Of a stretch of DNA of 46,088 bases, positions 29,054-39,117 are shown in pieces. The position numbers and the translations under genes are program-made. Within the stretch, counting starts at the first letter, position 1; the number at the start of each line of letters is the position of its first letter. Below the pieces are notes generated by a model, which searched no databases, was not told the DNA's origin, and was given only the letters and a program-made list of their open reading frames with translations. Location of the stretch: NCBI GenBank assembly GCA_002686855.1, contig NYYQ01000007.1, positions 1-46,088 of the forward strand, read 5' to 3'. The DNA comes from Candidatus Woesearchaeota archaeon (GTDB lineage Archaea; Nanobdellota; Nanobdellia; Woesearchaeales; GW2011-AR4).

Positions 29054-29988
29054 CTCAAATCTCCAACCTTCCCAAACCCATACAACTTATCACCAACAAC
29101 AACAGCTTTAAAATTCCTTAAATTATTCTTCAAAAAAGGACTTAAAACTTTCTCTTTCATGATATCACTGCCTTCTGTAACTAAATTAAAAGAAGGCAAT
29201 ACAATCAAATTCTTCCTTTTCCATTTCCCAATTAAAAAGGCTTTAAACAACTCTACCCTGGGACCTTCTTTAATAGAAACAGCAGGGTGCTCATGACCAA
29301 TTATAATCGTAGATACATCTTTCAAAAGATTTTTATCAGGGATTTTATCCCCATGAATTATCAGAATATTATTTTTTTCGTTTTTTAATAATTTTTTTCC
29401 AATTGTTTCTTTTTCCAATGTTAATTTTTCAATGATTTTCAATGATTTTAGGCTTAATTGTTTTTTTTGAAATTTTTTTATTGACTTATCTTTATTATTG
29501 GATTTACTGATTATTGATAAATTTTTTATTGATTTTCCTTTATTGGAATTTTTAATTATTGGCTCAATAACAAAGCCATCCACAACGTTAACATCCCTTT
29601 TCTTTGCTATAGGACCTAATATAGTATCATGATTGCCTTTAATCAATACAATTTCCTTACAATGCTGCCTCAAATAATCCAATAACCTCAAGGTATGCCT
29701 CCATTCCTGCTCAGAAATCCTGCCAAATTCGTGCTTTAAGTCTCCATTAATAATGATTTTTTCAATACTTATGGAGTTGGTGCCGGATTTAATCCGAGCA
29801 TTTTTTCCTTTTAATCTGGAAAATATACAATCTAGTCTTTTAATTACCTCAGGAAAATGGAATCTAGGGACCATAACACCTTGCTTATTCAACATTTCTT
29901 CATAACCAATATGGAAATCTGAAAAAATCAGGCAATTATTCACATATACTCCAAGATCTATAAGTTCAATATCATCAAAAAGCTTCAT
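29050..29988 (-). CDS. Metallophosphoesterase (Lhr-associated type) with in-frame insertions
   Basis: SDFHIG, NGDLKH, GNHD, HGD and GHEHP motifs. Confidence 0.88.
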   Translation of the reverse strand: MKLFDDIELIDLGVYVNNCLIFSDFHIGYEEMLNKQGVMVPRFHFPEVIKRLDCIFSRLKGKNARIKSGTNSISIEKIIINGDLKHEFGRISEQEWRHTLRLLDYLRQHCKEIVLIKGNHDTILGPIAKKRDVNVVDGFVIEPIIKNSNKGKSIKNLSIISKSNNKDKSIKKFQKKQLSLKSLKIIEKLTLEKETIGKKLLKNEKNNILIIHGDKIPDKNLLKDVSTIIIGHEHPAVSIKEGPRVELFKAFLIGKWKRKNLIVLPSFNLVTEGSDIMKEKVLSPFLKNNLRNFKAVVVGDKLYGFGKVGDLS

Positions 29989-30057
29989 AAGAAAAAGAAT
30001 TTTTTAGAGATATAAATATATTATTAATTAAAAAAGAAAAAAAAGAAAAAAATATCC

Positions 30058-30417
30058 TTATTCAGGATTTTGTCCCATTACCCAAATTTCCTTCAAAGCA
30101 ACAACTAGTGTTGCAGGGACAACAAAGGCCATTATTTGTCCTAAGACATTTTGTAGGTATACACCTACCTGACCAATTGTTAATCTTTCTAGGGCTCCAG
30201 GTGCCATTGAACTGACAATTACTAATACTGTAGCTACAAGTAGGAATTCTTTTGTCTCTTTACCAGTTACATTTAGGTATCCGACTACCAAACCTAACAA
30301 AACCAGTAAGGATACTAACCATACTGCATTAGCTCCTATAGCATCAGATGCCAGGCCAAGCACAATTGCAATTATTACTCCTCCAATGAAAGAGTAATGA
30401 CCTATTTTTTGTTCCAC
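30058..30417 (-). CDS. Small four-TM membrane protein
   Basis: Hydrophobic ORF; GGAGGTGA RBS; T-tract after the stop. Confidence 0.75.
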   Translation of the reverse strand: MEQKIGHYSFIGGVIIAIVLGLASDAIGANAVWLVSLLVLLGLVVGYLNVTGKETKEFLLVATVLVIVSSMAPGALERLTIGQVGVYLQNVLGQIMAFVVPATLVVALKEIWVMGQNPE

Positions 30418-30590
30418 TTGGTTTCACCTCCAAAGTATTTTTTTATTATGTTGCCTATAATTGGCATTGATAATCAACTAATTGATTGCCAACTATATAA
30501 ATGTTTCGGTCATTGATTATCAATAATAGTAATCTTTATATATAACCAATGGTTGTGTACTCTCTATTGCCATATCAGGAGTATAATAAG

Positions 30591-31202
30591 ATGTTTAACC
30601 GGGAAACTCAGAATAAAATAATCGATTTCATTAAGACAAGCCCAATAGGAGTTACTTCTACTGAAATTGCAAAATCAATTGGTCTTAACCGCATGACCAT
30701 GACAAAATACCTTGCAATTATTAAAGAAAAGGCCCTAATTGACTTTAAACAGTTTGGAATGTCTAAATTGTGGTATATTCCAGTAAATCTCAGCAAAGAG
30801 AGCTTTTTAAGCAAAATAATGGATTATATGGCTAAAAATTTGCCTAAAGAACAGCTTAAAGGCATTTCAGAGAAGGTTGGAATAAGCCTTGGAGAAGAGA
30901 TTAATAAGATGTATCTGCAGTTTTATGGCGCTAAAAAATTAAGTTTTGACCAGATATGCAGTACATATGAAGAAATTGGAAAAAAGCTAGGCGGCAATTT
31001 TAAAATAACTTCACAACCAGAAAAGATCTCTGTAGAGATTACACAGTCACCATTTGAAGAGAAAAATATACTGATAATGAATAAAATACTATCTGCGGTT
31101 TTTACAAAGATAGCTTCCTTAAACTTAGGTTATGCTCGCGCTTTAGTTTCAGAGCCAGAAAAAGAAGAAAATGCCGTTATCGAAGTGTTTTTGAAGAAGT
31201 GA
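30591..31202 (+). CDS. HTH regulator with a V4R-like C-terminal domain
   Basis: VTSTEIAKSIGLNRMTMTKYL HTH; GISLGEEI...ITQSPF. Confidence 0.65.
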   Translation: MFNRETQNKIIDFIKTSPIGVTSTEIAKSIGLNRMTMTKYLAIIKEKALIDFKQFGMSKLWYIPVNLSKESFLSKIMDYMAKNLPKEQLKGISEKVGISLGEEINKMYLQFYGAKKLSFDQICSTYEEIGKKLGGNFKITSQPEKISVEITQSPFEEKNILIMNKILSAVFTKIASLNLGYARALVSEPEKEENAVIEVFLKK

Positions 31203-31250
31203 GATAAAGAATAATATAAGATTGTATTTTATGGTTGGATGATAATTAGG

Positions 31251-32099
31251 TCAACTCCTCAAGAGATCTTGGAATAAAAGCTCGTACAATTTCCTTTCTG
31301 CATTAGCTGCCCTCCGACTATCTAATAGGATCAGTGATTCATCTAATTCTTCTGCAACTTCTTCATCTAAATGTGAGTTCCAGTATAGAGCCCTATTTCC
31401 ATCTGTTCCAGGAGTAGTTGCAAACAAATGATCTGCTCCGCCAATAGGTAAAACTATGTGCCCGGGTAAGGTCACTGAATTTGGATAAGAGATAAGTGTT
31501 CCTGTCTTCTCTGAACTACCTACTCCATATATAATTCCAACTTGAGGTTCCCTCTCCTTTCCGGCAAATTTCCCTAAATACCGATTTCCAGTCCATAATG
31601 CAACTCCTAATGGAGTCTCAAGACCATAAATATTACCCTCGGCATTTAGTTCACTCTGGAACTCAGCATACTCCTTTCGACTAACACCCGCAAAAGCCAA
31701 GGCTTCTGACCCTTGATCAATATTACACCTCATACTTCTTACAGTTGCTTTTTTGATATCTGGCACCCCATTTTTGTCTCGAGCAACTAGAATCAAACCA
31801 GCACGATTCCTGGAAGGGTCATTATTAACAACAGATTCAACAGTATCTTCCAAATCATCCATTCTTACTTGACCGGTTATAGTAGCAGGAGCACTGTATA
31901 ATCCTTCTCTTAGAGATACGTCAAACTTATCACTACAATTACCTGGGTAAGTAGTTGTTACCATCGCCTGATGCCCATAAAAAATATGCTGCTGTGCATC
32001 AGAACCGGCTGCTAATACTACAACGTACGGGATAGATTGTCCCTTTACTATGCTAGACCTCTTGAATGCTATAGATACTGGATTGTTTGCTCCTACCAT
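31251..32099 (-). CDS. Hypothetical protein
   Basis: ~282-aa ORF with BRE/TATA upstream; no recognised motif. Confidence 0.6.
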   Translation of the reverse strand: MVGANNPVSIAFKRSSIVKGQSIPYVVVLAAGSDAQQHIFYGHQAMVTTTYPGNCSDKFDVSLREGLYSAPATITGQVRMDDLEDTVESVVNNDPSRNRAGLILVARDKNGVPDIKKATVRSMRCNIDQGSEALAFAGVSRKEYAEFQSELNAEGNIYGLETPLGVALWTGNRYLGKFAGKEREPQVGIIYGVGSSEKTGTLISYPNSVTLPGHIVLPIGGADHLFATTPGTDGNRALYWNSHLDEEVAEELDESLILLDSRRAANAERKLYELLFQDLLRS

Positions 32100-32147
32100 T
32101 TTCAATATCTTGAAAGGTCAAAGGTTTTCTTTATAAACTTTTCTATC

Positions 32148-32203
32148 TTTATCTTCTAAAAAGTAGTGAAATATATGGCCTAATTTATCTTCTAAAAAGT
32201 AGT
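32148..32203. repeat. 20-bp direct repeat TTTATCTTCTAAAAAGTAGT, two copies
   Basis: Copies at 32148-32167 and 32184-32203; each contains the ACTAC motif on the minus strand. Confidence 0.8.
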
Positions 32204-32302
32204 AAAAAAATACTAAAATAACTAACCCAAAATAACCGAAAAACAATAGAAAAATTTAAAAACAAGGTTAAAATCTACTAGATACTCAGTCTAATAATTA
32301 AA

Positions 32303-32515
32303 ATGGAATACAATAAATTTGAACATGCAAGGATTGTAGGATCAAGAGCATTGCAAATTTCGCAAGGAGCTCCTTTACTAATCAAACTTTCTGAAAAAGA
32401 CCTTGAGCGGATAGGCTACAATACTTTAGAGATAGCAAAAATGGAATTCAAGGAAGGCCTTATTCCTATAACTATAAAAAGAAGGCAAAGTGAAGACAAA
32501 AAACAGGAAAAGTGA
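32303..32515 (+). CDS. rpoK: RNA polymerase subunit K (Rpo6)
   Basis: FEHARIVGSRALQISQGAP. Confidence 0.95.
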   Translation: MEYNKFEHARIVGSRALQISQGAPLLIKLSEKDLERIGYNTLEIAKMEFKEGLIPITIKRRQSEDKKQEK

Positions 32516-32520
32516 TTTCT

Positions 32521-32760
32521 ATGGGACGTATTAAAACAGTTTTGGTTAAAAGAGTTACAAAGCAGTTAGTAAAAGAACACGCAGATGAATTTAGCGAAGA
32601 TTTTACCAAGAACAAGGAAGTTCTAGCAAAATATGCTAAAATAGAATCTCCAAAATTAAGAAATGTTGTTGCTGGTTATGTTTCAAGACTTATTAAGCAA
32701 GCAAAAGAAGGCAAAGTAAGAAGAAGCATCCACAAAGAAGATATTTCTAGGTTTTATTAG
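32521..32760 (+). CDS. rps17e: 30S ribosomal protein S17e
   Basis: MGRIKT...LRNVVAGYV. Confidence 0.93.
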   Translation: MGRIKTVLVKRVTKQLVKEHADEFSEDFTKNKEVLAKYAKIESPKLRNVVAGYVSRLIKQAKEGKVRRSIHKEDISRFY

Positions 32761-33232
32761 TGAATTTTTCTTCCAGTTTTTTCTCAACTATACCAGGAAC
32801 TAAACCATTTAATTTACTGCCAAACATTGCCATTTCCTTTACAATGCTTGAGTTTAAATAAACATAATGCTCTTTAGTCATGATGAAGATTGTTTCAATC
32901 TGGTCATCTACAACCCTGTTCATCAATGCTCTCTGGAATTCGAAATCAAAATCTGAAACAGCTCTTAGGCCTCTGATTATTATTTTTGAGTTTTTGCTTT
33001 TTACATAATCCAGCAATAAGCCAGAAAAAAAATCAATCTCTATATTTTTCGAGTCTTTCGTGCTTTCTTTTAACATCTCTAGCCTTTCTTCTGTTGTAAA
33101 AGTAGGCTCTTTTCCAGGATTGTCTCCTATTGCAACTACCACCTTATCAAATATCTTCAAAGCTCGTTTAATCACATCAATATGCCCATTAGTTACAGGG
33201 TCAAAGCTTCCTGGATAAACTGCGGTTTTCAT
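32747..33232 (-). CDS. coaD: Phosphopantetheine adenylyltransferase, bacterial type
   Basis: YPGSFDPVTNGH and RGLRAVSDFDFE. Confidence 0.96.
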   Translation of the reverse strand: MKTAVYPGSFDPVTNGHIDVIKRALKIFDKVVVAIGDNPGKEPTFTTEERLEMLKESTKDSKNIEIDFFSGLLLDYVKSKNSKIIIRGLRAVSDFDFEFQRALMNRVVDDQIETIFIMTKEHYVYLNSSIVKEMAMFGSKLNGLVPGIVEKKLEEKFTNKT

Positions 33233-33267
33233 AAGCTAAGGTATTAGTTATTGGTTTTTAAGGGTTT

Positions 33268-33897
33268 TTATCTTATACTGTTAAGAATTGAGATTATATC
33301 CTTAACTTGTTTCTTGGAATGATCTAAATCTTTGCTGTTATCAACAACAAAACCAGCCCTTTTTATTTTCCCTCTTAATGGCATCTGAGATTTAATTATC
33401 TGCTCAATCTCTTTTTTTGAATATTTTTTATTTTTTAATAATCGTTTTATTTGTTCTTTTTTACTGCATTTAACCACAATTATTTTATCAACCAGCTTTT
33501 GCGCTTTAGCTTCTATAAGCAATGGAGCATCAATTATTATTTTATTTTTATTTTTTATTTTTAATAAGTTTTTTTCATTAATTTTTTTATTCATTGTTTT
33601 TCTCTTATAATGTTTTTTTATTTTATTGATTTCTTTTTTTATTGATTTTATTATAATTGGGTGTGTTATTACATTTAATCTCTTTAATTTCTTATAATCC
33701 TTAAAAACAATTTTTTTAATTTTATCCCTGTTTAATGTTTTAAATTCTTCTAAAATTTTTTTCCTCAATGGTTTTTCATTTTCATACAAACCATGATATA
33801 ATTTATCTGCATTAATGACCCTAAAACCATGTTTCTTAAACATATTTGCAACAGTTGTTTTTCCTGATCCAAAGCTTCCTGTTATTCCGATTATCAT
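33268..33897 (-). CDS. coaE: Dephospho-CoA kinase
   Basis: IGITGSFGSGKT, THP, DAPLLIE and SQMP motifs. Confidence 0.92.
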   Translation of the reverse strand: MIIGITGSFGSGKTTVANMFKKHGFRVINADKLYHGLYENEKPLRKKILEEFKTLNRDKIKKIVFKDYKKLKRLNVITHPIIIKSIKKEINKIKKHYKRKTMNKKINEKNLLKIKNKNKIIIDAPLLIEAKAQKLVDKIIVVKCSKKEQIKRLLKNKKYSKKEIEQIIKSQMPLRGKIKRAGFVVDNSKDLDHSKKQVKDIISILNSIR

Positions 33898-33921
33898 TTT
33901 TCCTCAATAATTAGATTTCTT

Positions 33922-34806
33922 TCATGCCAAATAGTTCTTATTTTTACTGATAAAAAGCTTAACAAAAAACCTCAAAAAGTGTTTTTCATTTTCCCATAAT
34001 TGGGATGTTTCTAGGCTCCTGTAATAAGCTTTTCTGGTTTTGTAAGGTATATTTAACATAGGGTAGTTTCCATGAAATAAAACAAAATTTACCAATAATC
34101 TGCTTATTCTTCCATTTCCATCTGTAAAAGCATGGATAGTTACAAATTTTAAATGCACTAAGGCAGCAAATTCAACAGGATTATAATTATCTTTATTTTT
34201 ATTATACCATTTAATAAAATCCCTTAACAGTTCATCTAAATTTTCTGGATGGGGAAAGCTTACTCTGCTTCCAGTTACCATGATTTTATGCAGCCTTATT
34301 TTTCCTGCTATATCCGATTGTGATTGCTTAAAAATTAATGAATGCAGGTTGCAAATATTTCTGAGAGTGAGATTTTTTAAGTTCATCATTTCCCTGAAAG
34401 CCAGTTCATAACCTTCAGTTTCCCTTACATCGTTAATTGGCTTGTTTTTAGGAGTAATTCCGTACAAAAATAAATCTGCAGTATCCCTATAAGAAAGAGA
34501 GCTTCCTTCTATTTTGTTGGAATCATAAATAAATTCTATTTTAAAAGAATCAAGAAATTGTTTTTTTGTTTTTTTAGGCAGGTTTTTTAGCTCTTTTGCA
34601 TAATTTTTCTTGATTTTAATTAATTGGGATTTCCATTTATCCTGCATGACTTTAATTTCTATATCCTTGATTAGCTTGTCTATGTTATCAGGCTTAGTTC
34701 TGCCTAAATACTTGCTTATTCCCTTTACTTTATTGCCTACTTTGTATCTATGTTCTAAGTAATAATAATGCTTATTATTGATTTTTCTTCTTTTTATAAC
34801 TGCCAT
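33922..34806 (-). CDS. Fic-domain protein
   Basis: HAFTDGNGRISR Fic motif; SNKIEG inhibitory-type motif. Confidence 0.92.
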   Translation of the reverse strand: MAVIKRRKINNKHYYYLEHRYKVGNKVKGISKYLGRTKPDNIDKLIKDIEIKVMQDKWKSQLIKIKKNYAKELKNLPKKTKKQFLDSFKIEFIYDSNKIEGSSLSYRDTADLFLYGITPKNKPINDVRETEGYELAFREMMNLKNLTLRNICNLHSLIFKQSQSDIAGKIRLHKIMVTGSRVSFPHPENLDELLRDFIKWYNKNKDNYNPVEFAALVHLKFVTIHAFTDGNGRISRLLVNFVLFHGNYPMLNIPYKTRKAYYRSLETSQLWENEKHFLRFFVKLFISKNKNYLA

Positions 34807-34881
34807 ATTGTATAGTTACCCTTACTTTTTTATAAATTTTACTGTTTTTTGCAGAAAGTAGGGGTAAGTTTTTGATATTAT

Positions 34882-37470
34882 TCATTTCTTTAAACTAATC
34901 TTAGCCAAAACATTCTTATGCATCCTTCTCAAAAACTCTACACGATCTTCTATTTTCAAAATATCTGTTATTCCCTGAGCAACTAAGTTAAATGCAAAAG
35001 GGCTTGGTATTGTTGTATTTATTTCTTTGATTATAATATTCTTTTTTTCTATGCCATCAATAACTTTTTGCGCGTTTTCTATGTCCATCAAATCCTCCAA
35101 AACCTCTCTTCTTGCTTCCTTTAAGATTGAAAAATCCGGGCTTATTCTTTTAACAGCATTTATTAAGATTTGTGATGAAACTTGCTGCCTTCCAACTCTT
35201 TTAGTTCTTCCTTTATAGGTTCTTAAGATCATCAAAGCTCTCATGGCGCAATGCCTAAACCTTCTTTTCAGGACTTCTGATTTGTCCAATGCCAGGTCTA
35301 ACACTTTCTTGAAATCTTTTGATTTGATAAGCTTAAAAGCATGCATCACGTTTACCTGCTTCTCGGAAGCGATATAAAATCCATTATCGCTTATTCCTAT
35401 CTCGACATCTCTATGTTGGGTTCTTGATATAGCAAAACCAACTGCTCTGGATAAGCAGTCATTTACTCTTCTGCCATATAAGGTATGGAAAATTGTATGC
35501 TTAATGCCTTTGTCATTTGTGTAATGCTCTATTATAATCCTGCTATGGCTTGGAATTTCAGCATAATTAAACTGCTCAAAAAAATAATTATAGATTGATT
35601 CAGCAGCATTTTTATCAACATAAACATAGCTGTTAATAAAATCAATAATTTCCTTTTTGCTTTTTCCAGCGCAAAACTTTTCATTCAATAGCTTTCTAAA
35701 CCTTCCAATTTCTGAAGCCAAATCAAAGCTTAATGGCAGCATCTCTGAGAACCATGATGGAACCGTAGGAGGCCTATTAACAGAAGCGTTTACTTGCGCT
35801 GTCATTCCTCTGGCAAACTTAAACTGGTAAGTATTGCCTCCTAAGACAAAAACGTCTCCAGGCCTTAATCTTTCCAGGAAAGCTTCTTCTATTGTGCCTA
35901 CAACTTGGTCACGTATCTTTACCAAAACAGATGTTTCGTCCGGTATGGTGCCAATATTAGTCATGTAAAGAACTCTTGCTAATTTTCCTCTTTTTCCGAT
36001 CATATCCGTTTCTTCATCATGCCATATCTTCGCGTAGATATGCCTGTCTTCTAAAGAACTATATTTTCCGGTTAAATAATCTATAACATCATTAAAATCT
36101 TTTTTTGTTAGATTGTGATAGCAATATGAATTTTTTATTAATGTAAACAGGTCTTTTTTAAGGATTCTATCTTGGATTGCTATGCCATAAATTTGTTGGG
36201 CCAAAACATCTAAAGCATTTGTTGGAATATGGATTTTGTCAATTTTCTTTTCTATAGCGCTCTTTAGTAAAACAGCGCATTCTACTAGGTCATCCCTGTC
36301 TAAAACAATGATCCTTCCCTTTGTTGTATCATGCAGTTTATGTCCGGATCTTCCAATCCTTTGTAAGGCTCTGGCAACCGATTTTGGACTTCCTAAACAA
36401 ATTACCAGGTCAATGAAGCCTATGTCTATGCCCAATTCTAAGGAAGTTGAGCAAACAACAACTTTTATTTTTCCTTCTCTTAGGCTGTTTTCTAAGGTTT
36501 GCCTATGAGTTTTAGATAAAGAGCCGTGATGAGCGCCTATGTTGCTTTCATTGTACAATTTTGGAAAGTTGTCTTTCAAATTGTGGACTACTCTTTCTGT
36601 AGCAGATCTGGTGTTTGTGAAAACCAAAGTCGTTTTGTGGCTTTGAATTAAGTGATGCATCAACTCGTACAGGGCATCGTGCATATTTTTATGTTCGGTG
36701 TCTATTAGATCAGATACAGGACTTAGAACTTTAAGATCCAATTTCTTTATGAATTGAACGTCAACAATTTTGCAAGGTCTTAGGGCTTTTTTTTCATAGC
36801 CCACTAAATATTTTGCGATATCTTCCAAGGGCGCTATAGTAGCTGATAAACCAACCCGCGTCATTCCTTGAGAAAGCATTTGCAACCTTTCTAAGCTTAA
36901 AGACAGGTAAGTACCTCTTTTATTCTCAGCTAAGGCATGAATTTCATCAACAATGCACCATTGAACATCTTTTAAATTATCAACAAATTTTATTGAAGAT
37001 AAAACTATAGCCAAACTTTCAGGTGTTGTGATTAAGATGTGTGGAGGCTTTTTCAGCATCTTTGCTTTTTCAGAAGTGTTGGTGTCTCCTGTTCGTACCG
37101 CTACCCTAATGCCTGTTTCTTTTTTTATCAGATCTTCCATTTGTTTTAGAGGTTCCAGCAGATTAACTCGAATATCTGAACTTAACGCTCTTAATGGAGA
37201 GATGTATACGCAATAGATCTTATCTTCCAGAATTCCTTTTTGGGAGGAATCTATTAATTCATTTAAAATTGATAAGAACGCTGTTAGGGTTTTTCCAGAA
37301 CCAGTTGGGGAAGAAATCAAAATATTTTCTCTGGAATGGATGGGCATTACTCCGTATTGTTGTGGAACTGAGAAATCCTTGAAAGTATTAAAGAACCATT
37401 TCCTAACCGTTGGATTTAGTATTTTGGTTATCTGTTCTGTTTTGTAGGGCTTTTCCATTCGTGTTATCAT
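34882..37470 (-). CDS. lhr: Lhr-like ATP-dependent helicase
   Basis: PTGSGKT, DEIH, SAT, HHGSLS and QRIGRSGH motifs. Confidence 0.93.
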   Translation of the reverse strand: MITRMEKPYKTEQITKILNPTVRKWFFNTFKDFSVPQQYGVMPIHSRENILISSPTGSGKTLTAFLSILNELIDSSQKGILEDKIYCVYISPLRALSSDIRVNLLEPLKQMEDLIKKETGIRVAVRTGDTNTSEKAKMLKKPPHILITTPESLAIVLSSIKFVDNLKDVQWCIVDEIHALAENKRGTYLSLSLERLQMLSQGMTRVGLSATIAPLEDIAKYLVGYEKKALRPCKIVDVQFIKKLDLKVLSPVSDLIDTEHKNMHDALYELMHHLIQSHKTTLVFTNTRSATERVVHNLKDNFPKLYNESNIGAHHGSLSKTHRQTLENSLREGKIKVVVCSTSLELGIDIGFIDLVICLGSPKSVARALQRIGRSGHKLHDTTKGRIIVLDRDDLVECAVLLKSAIEKKIDKIHIPTNALDVLAQQIYGIAIQDRILKKDLFTLIKNSYCYHNLTKKDFNDVIDYLTGKYSSLEDRHIYAKIWHDEETDMIGKRGKLARVLYMTNIGTIPDETSVLVKIRDQVVGTIEEAFLERLRPGDVFVLGGNTYQFKFARGMTAQVNASVNRPPTVPSWFSEMLPLSFDLASEIGRFRKLLNEKFCAGKSKKEIIDFINSYVYVDKNAAESIYNYFFEQFNYAEIPSHSRIIIEHYTNDKGIKHTIFHTLYGRRVNDCLSRAVGFAISRTQHRDVEIGISDNGFYIASEKQVNVMHAFKLIKSKDFKKVLDLALDKSEVLKRRFRHCAMRALMILRTYKGRTKRVGRQQVSSQILINAVKRISPDFSILKEARREVLEDLMDIENAQKVIDGIEKKNIIIKEINTTIPSPFAFNLVAQGITDILKIEDRVEFLRRMHKNVLAKISLKK

Positions 37471-37884
37471 TTTAATTACTCATATTTTTCAAATGCGGGG
37501 TATTTATTTTCTATATTGTAAAGATATATTCGTAGCTAAATTGTTTACTATGTGAAATAGAATTGGTATATAAATCTTATTCGAGAATGTCCAGTGCTTC
37601 TTTTTTTATGTTTAGGTCGTCTTTAGTATCAAGACTGGATTTCCTGGAATTTTTCATGACAGAAAGAAATTTCCGAAGGAAGGTTTTATTCTATTTTTGG
37701 AGAGAGAAAACAACATCTTTATAAACAAAAACTTATTTCTTGTTACTGCGCTAACAAAGTTAGCCATTCTATTGCCGCAAGGCAAGAAAAAACTCAATTT
37801 AAAAATTTTCAATAGAATGGATTCAATTAAAAAATAAATCAATAAAATTTTTCAATAATAAAATATAATTAAAAAAACAATAAA

Positions 37885-38499
37885 ATGGGAACAATTTATG
37901 ACTGCGATCCAGCTGAACTTATAGAAAAAGCATCTGGAGAATTGAAAAAGGTTGAGGCAGTAAAAGCGCCAACATGGGCAGTTTTTGTAAAAACTGGTGT
38001 CCATAAGGAAAGGCCGCCTTTTAGGAATGACTGGTGGCACACAAGAACAGCTTCTGTTTTAAGGCAGGTTTACATTAAAGGTCCAATTGGAGTTTCAAAA
38101 TTAAGAAATAAATACGGCGGAAAGAAAAACAGAGGGGTGAAAAAATCACATTTCTATAAAGGTTCTGGAAGTATTATAAGAAAAATCCTGCAGCAGCTGG
38201 AAAAAGCAGGTTTTGTTAAAAAAGAAGATTCTGGAGTGCATAAGGGAAAAGTAATAACAAAAGAAGGAAAACAATTTTTAGATAGTATTGCATCAACAAT
38301 ATCAATTCAAATTCAAACACCAAAAAAGGAAGCAAAACCAGCTAAAGAGAAAGCGGCTAAGGAAGAAACAAAGCCAATTAAAGAAAAACAAGAAAAGAAA
38401 AAAGAAATAAGCCAAAAAACAAAAATCGAAATAAAAGAAAAAACAATAAAAGAAACCAAAGAAGAAGAAGCAAAAACTGAGCCTGAGAAAAAACAATAA
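37885..38499 (+). CDS. rps19e: 30S ribosomal protein S19e with K/E-rich tail
   Basis: FVKTGVHKERPP...WWHTRTAS...GSGSIIR. Confidence 0.95.
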   Translation: MGTIYDCDPAELIEKASGELKKVEAVKAPTWAVFVKTGVHKERPPFRNDWWHTRTASVLRQVYIKGPIGVSKLRNKYGGKKNRGVKKSHFYKGSGSIIRKILQQLEKAGFVKKEDSGVHKGKVITKEGKQFLDSIASTISIQIQTPKKEAKPAKEKAAKEETKPIKEKQEKKKEISQKTKIEIKEKTIKETKEEEAKTEPEKKQ

Positions 38500-38500
38500 A

Positions 38501-38833
38501 ATGAATGAATTAGAAGAAATAAAAAGAAAAAAATTGGAAATGCTAAAGCAACAGCAAGCAGAAAGTATGCAGCAACAGGCACAAGAACAGCAGCAATTGC
38601 AGCAACAAATCCAGCAATTAGAAGCAATTGTAAAACAGGCTTTGACAAAAGAAGCACTAGAAAGATATGGAAATCTAAAATCGGCTTTTCCTGAGAAAGC
38701 TGTTCAGCTTTTGGTTATTTTAGTGCAAGCATTGCAGTCAGGACAAATAAAAAACATTGATGATAATGCATTGAAGGAAATCTTAAAAAAATTAACTCCG
38801 GAAAAAAAGGATTTTAAGATAAAAAGAGTATAA
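38501..38833 (+). CDS. PDCD5-like DNA-binding protein
   Basis: ELEEIKRKKL, LTKEALERY, IDDNALKEIL; conserved position after rps19e. Confidence 0.9.
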   Translation: MNELEEIKRKKLEMLKQQQAESMQQQAQEQQQLQQQIQQLEAIVKQALTKEALERYGNLKSAFPEKAVQLLVILVQALQSGQIKNIDDNALKEILKKLTPEKKDFKIKRV

Positions 38834-38875
38834 AACCAACGGAGTTGGTGCCAAAAATATGGGGTATTTTTCAGT

Positions 38876-39049
38876 ATGTCACGGTATAAACATCCAAGCA
38901 GAAAGAAAAGATTGAACAAGCATAGATTGCAAACTAGATGGGCTCCTTTCTGGACAGTTCCCAAGATTTACGGAAAATCAAGAAAAGTCCATCCAGGAAG
39001 ACATACAAAGAAAAAGAGAAGCTGGAGAAGGACAAGAACTAAGGCTTAA
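38876..39049 (+). CDS. rpl39e: 50S ribosomal protein L39e
   Basis: Translated by hand: MSRYKHPSRKKRL...WAPFW...KRSWRRT; lies before rpl31e. Confidence 0.88.
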   Translation: MSRYKHPSRKKRLNKHRLQTRWAPFWTVPKIYGKSRKVHPGRHTKKKRSWRRTRTKA

Positions 39050-39117
39050 AGCCAATAAAAAATAATTATTTTTGACAATTAAAATCTTTAAATTGTAAAT
39101 AAAATTAATGATTGAAA

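Noticed and set aside
32148..32203. CRISPR mini-array
   Set aside because: Only two 20-bp copies with a 16-bp spacer and no cas genes; better explained as a duplicated promoter motif
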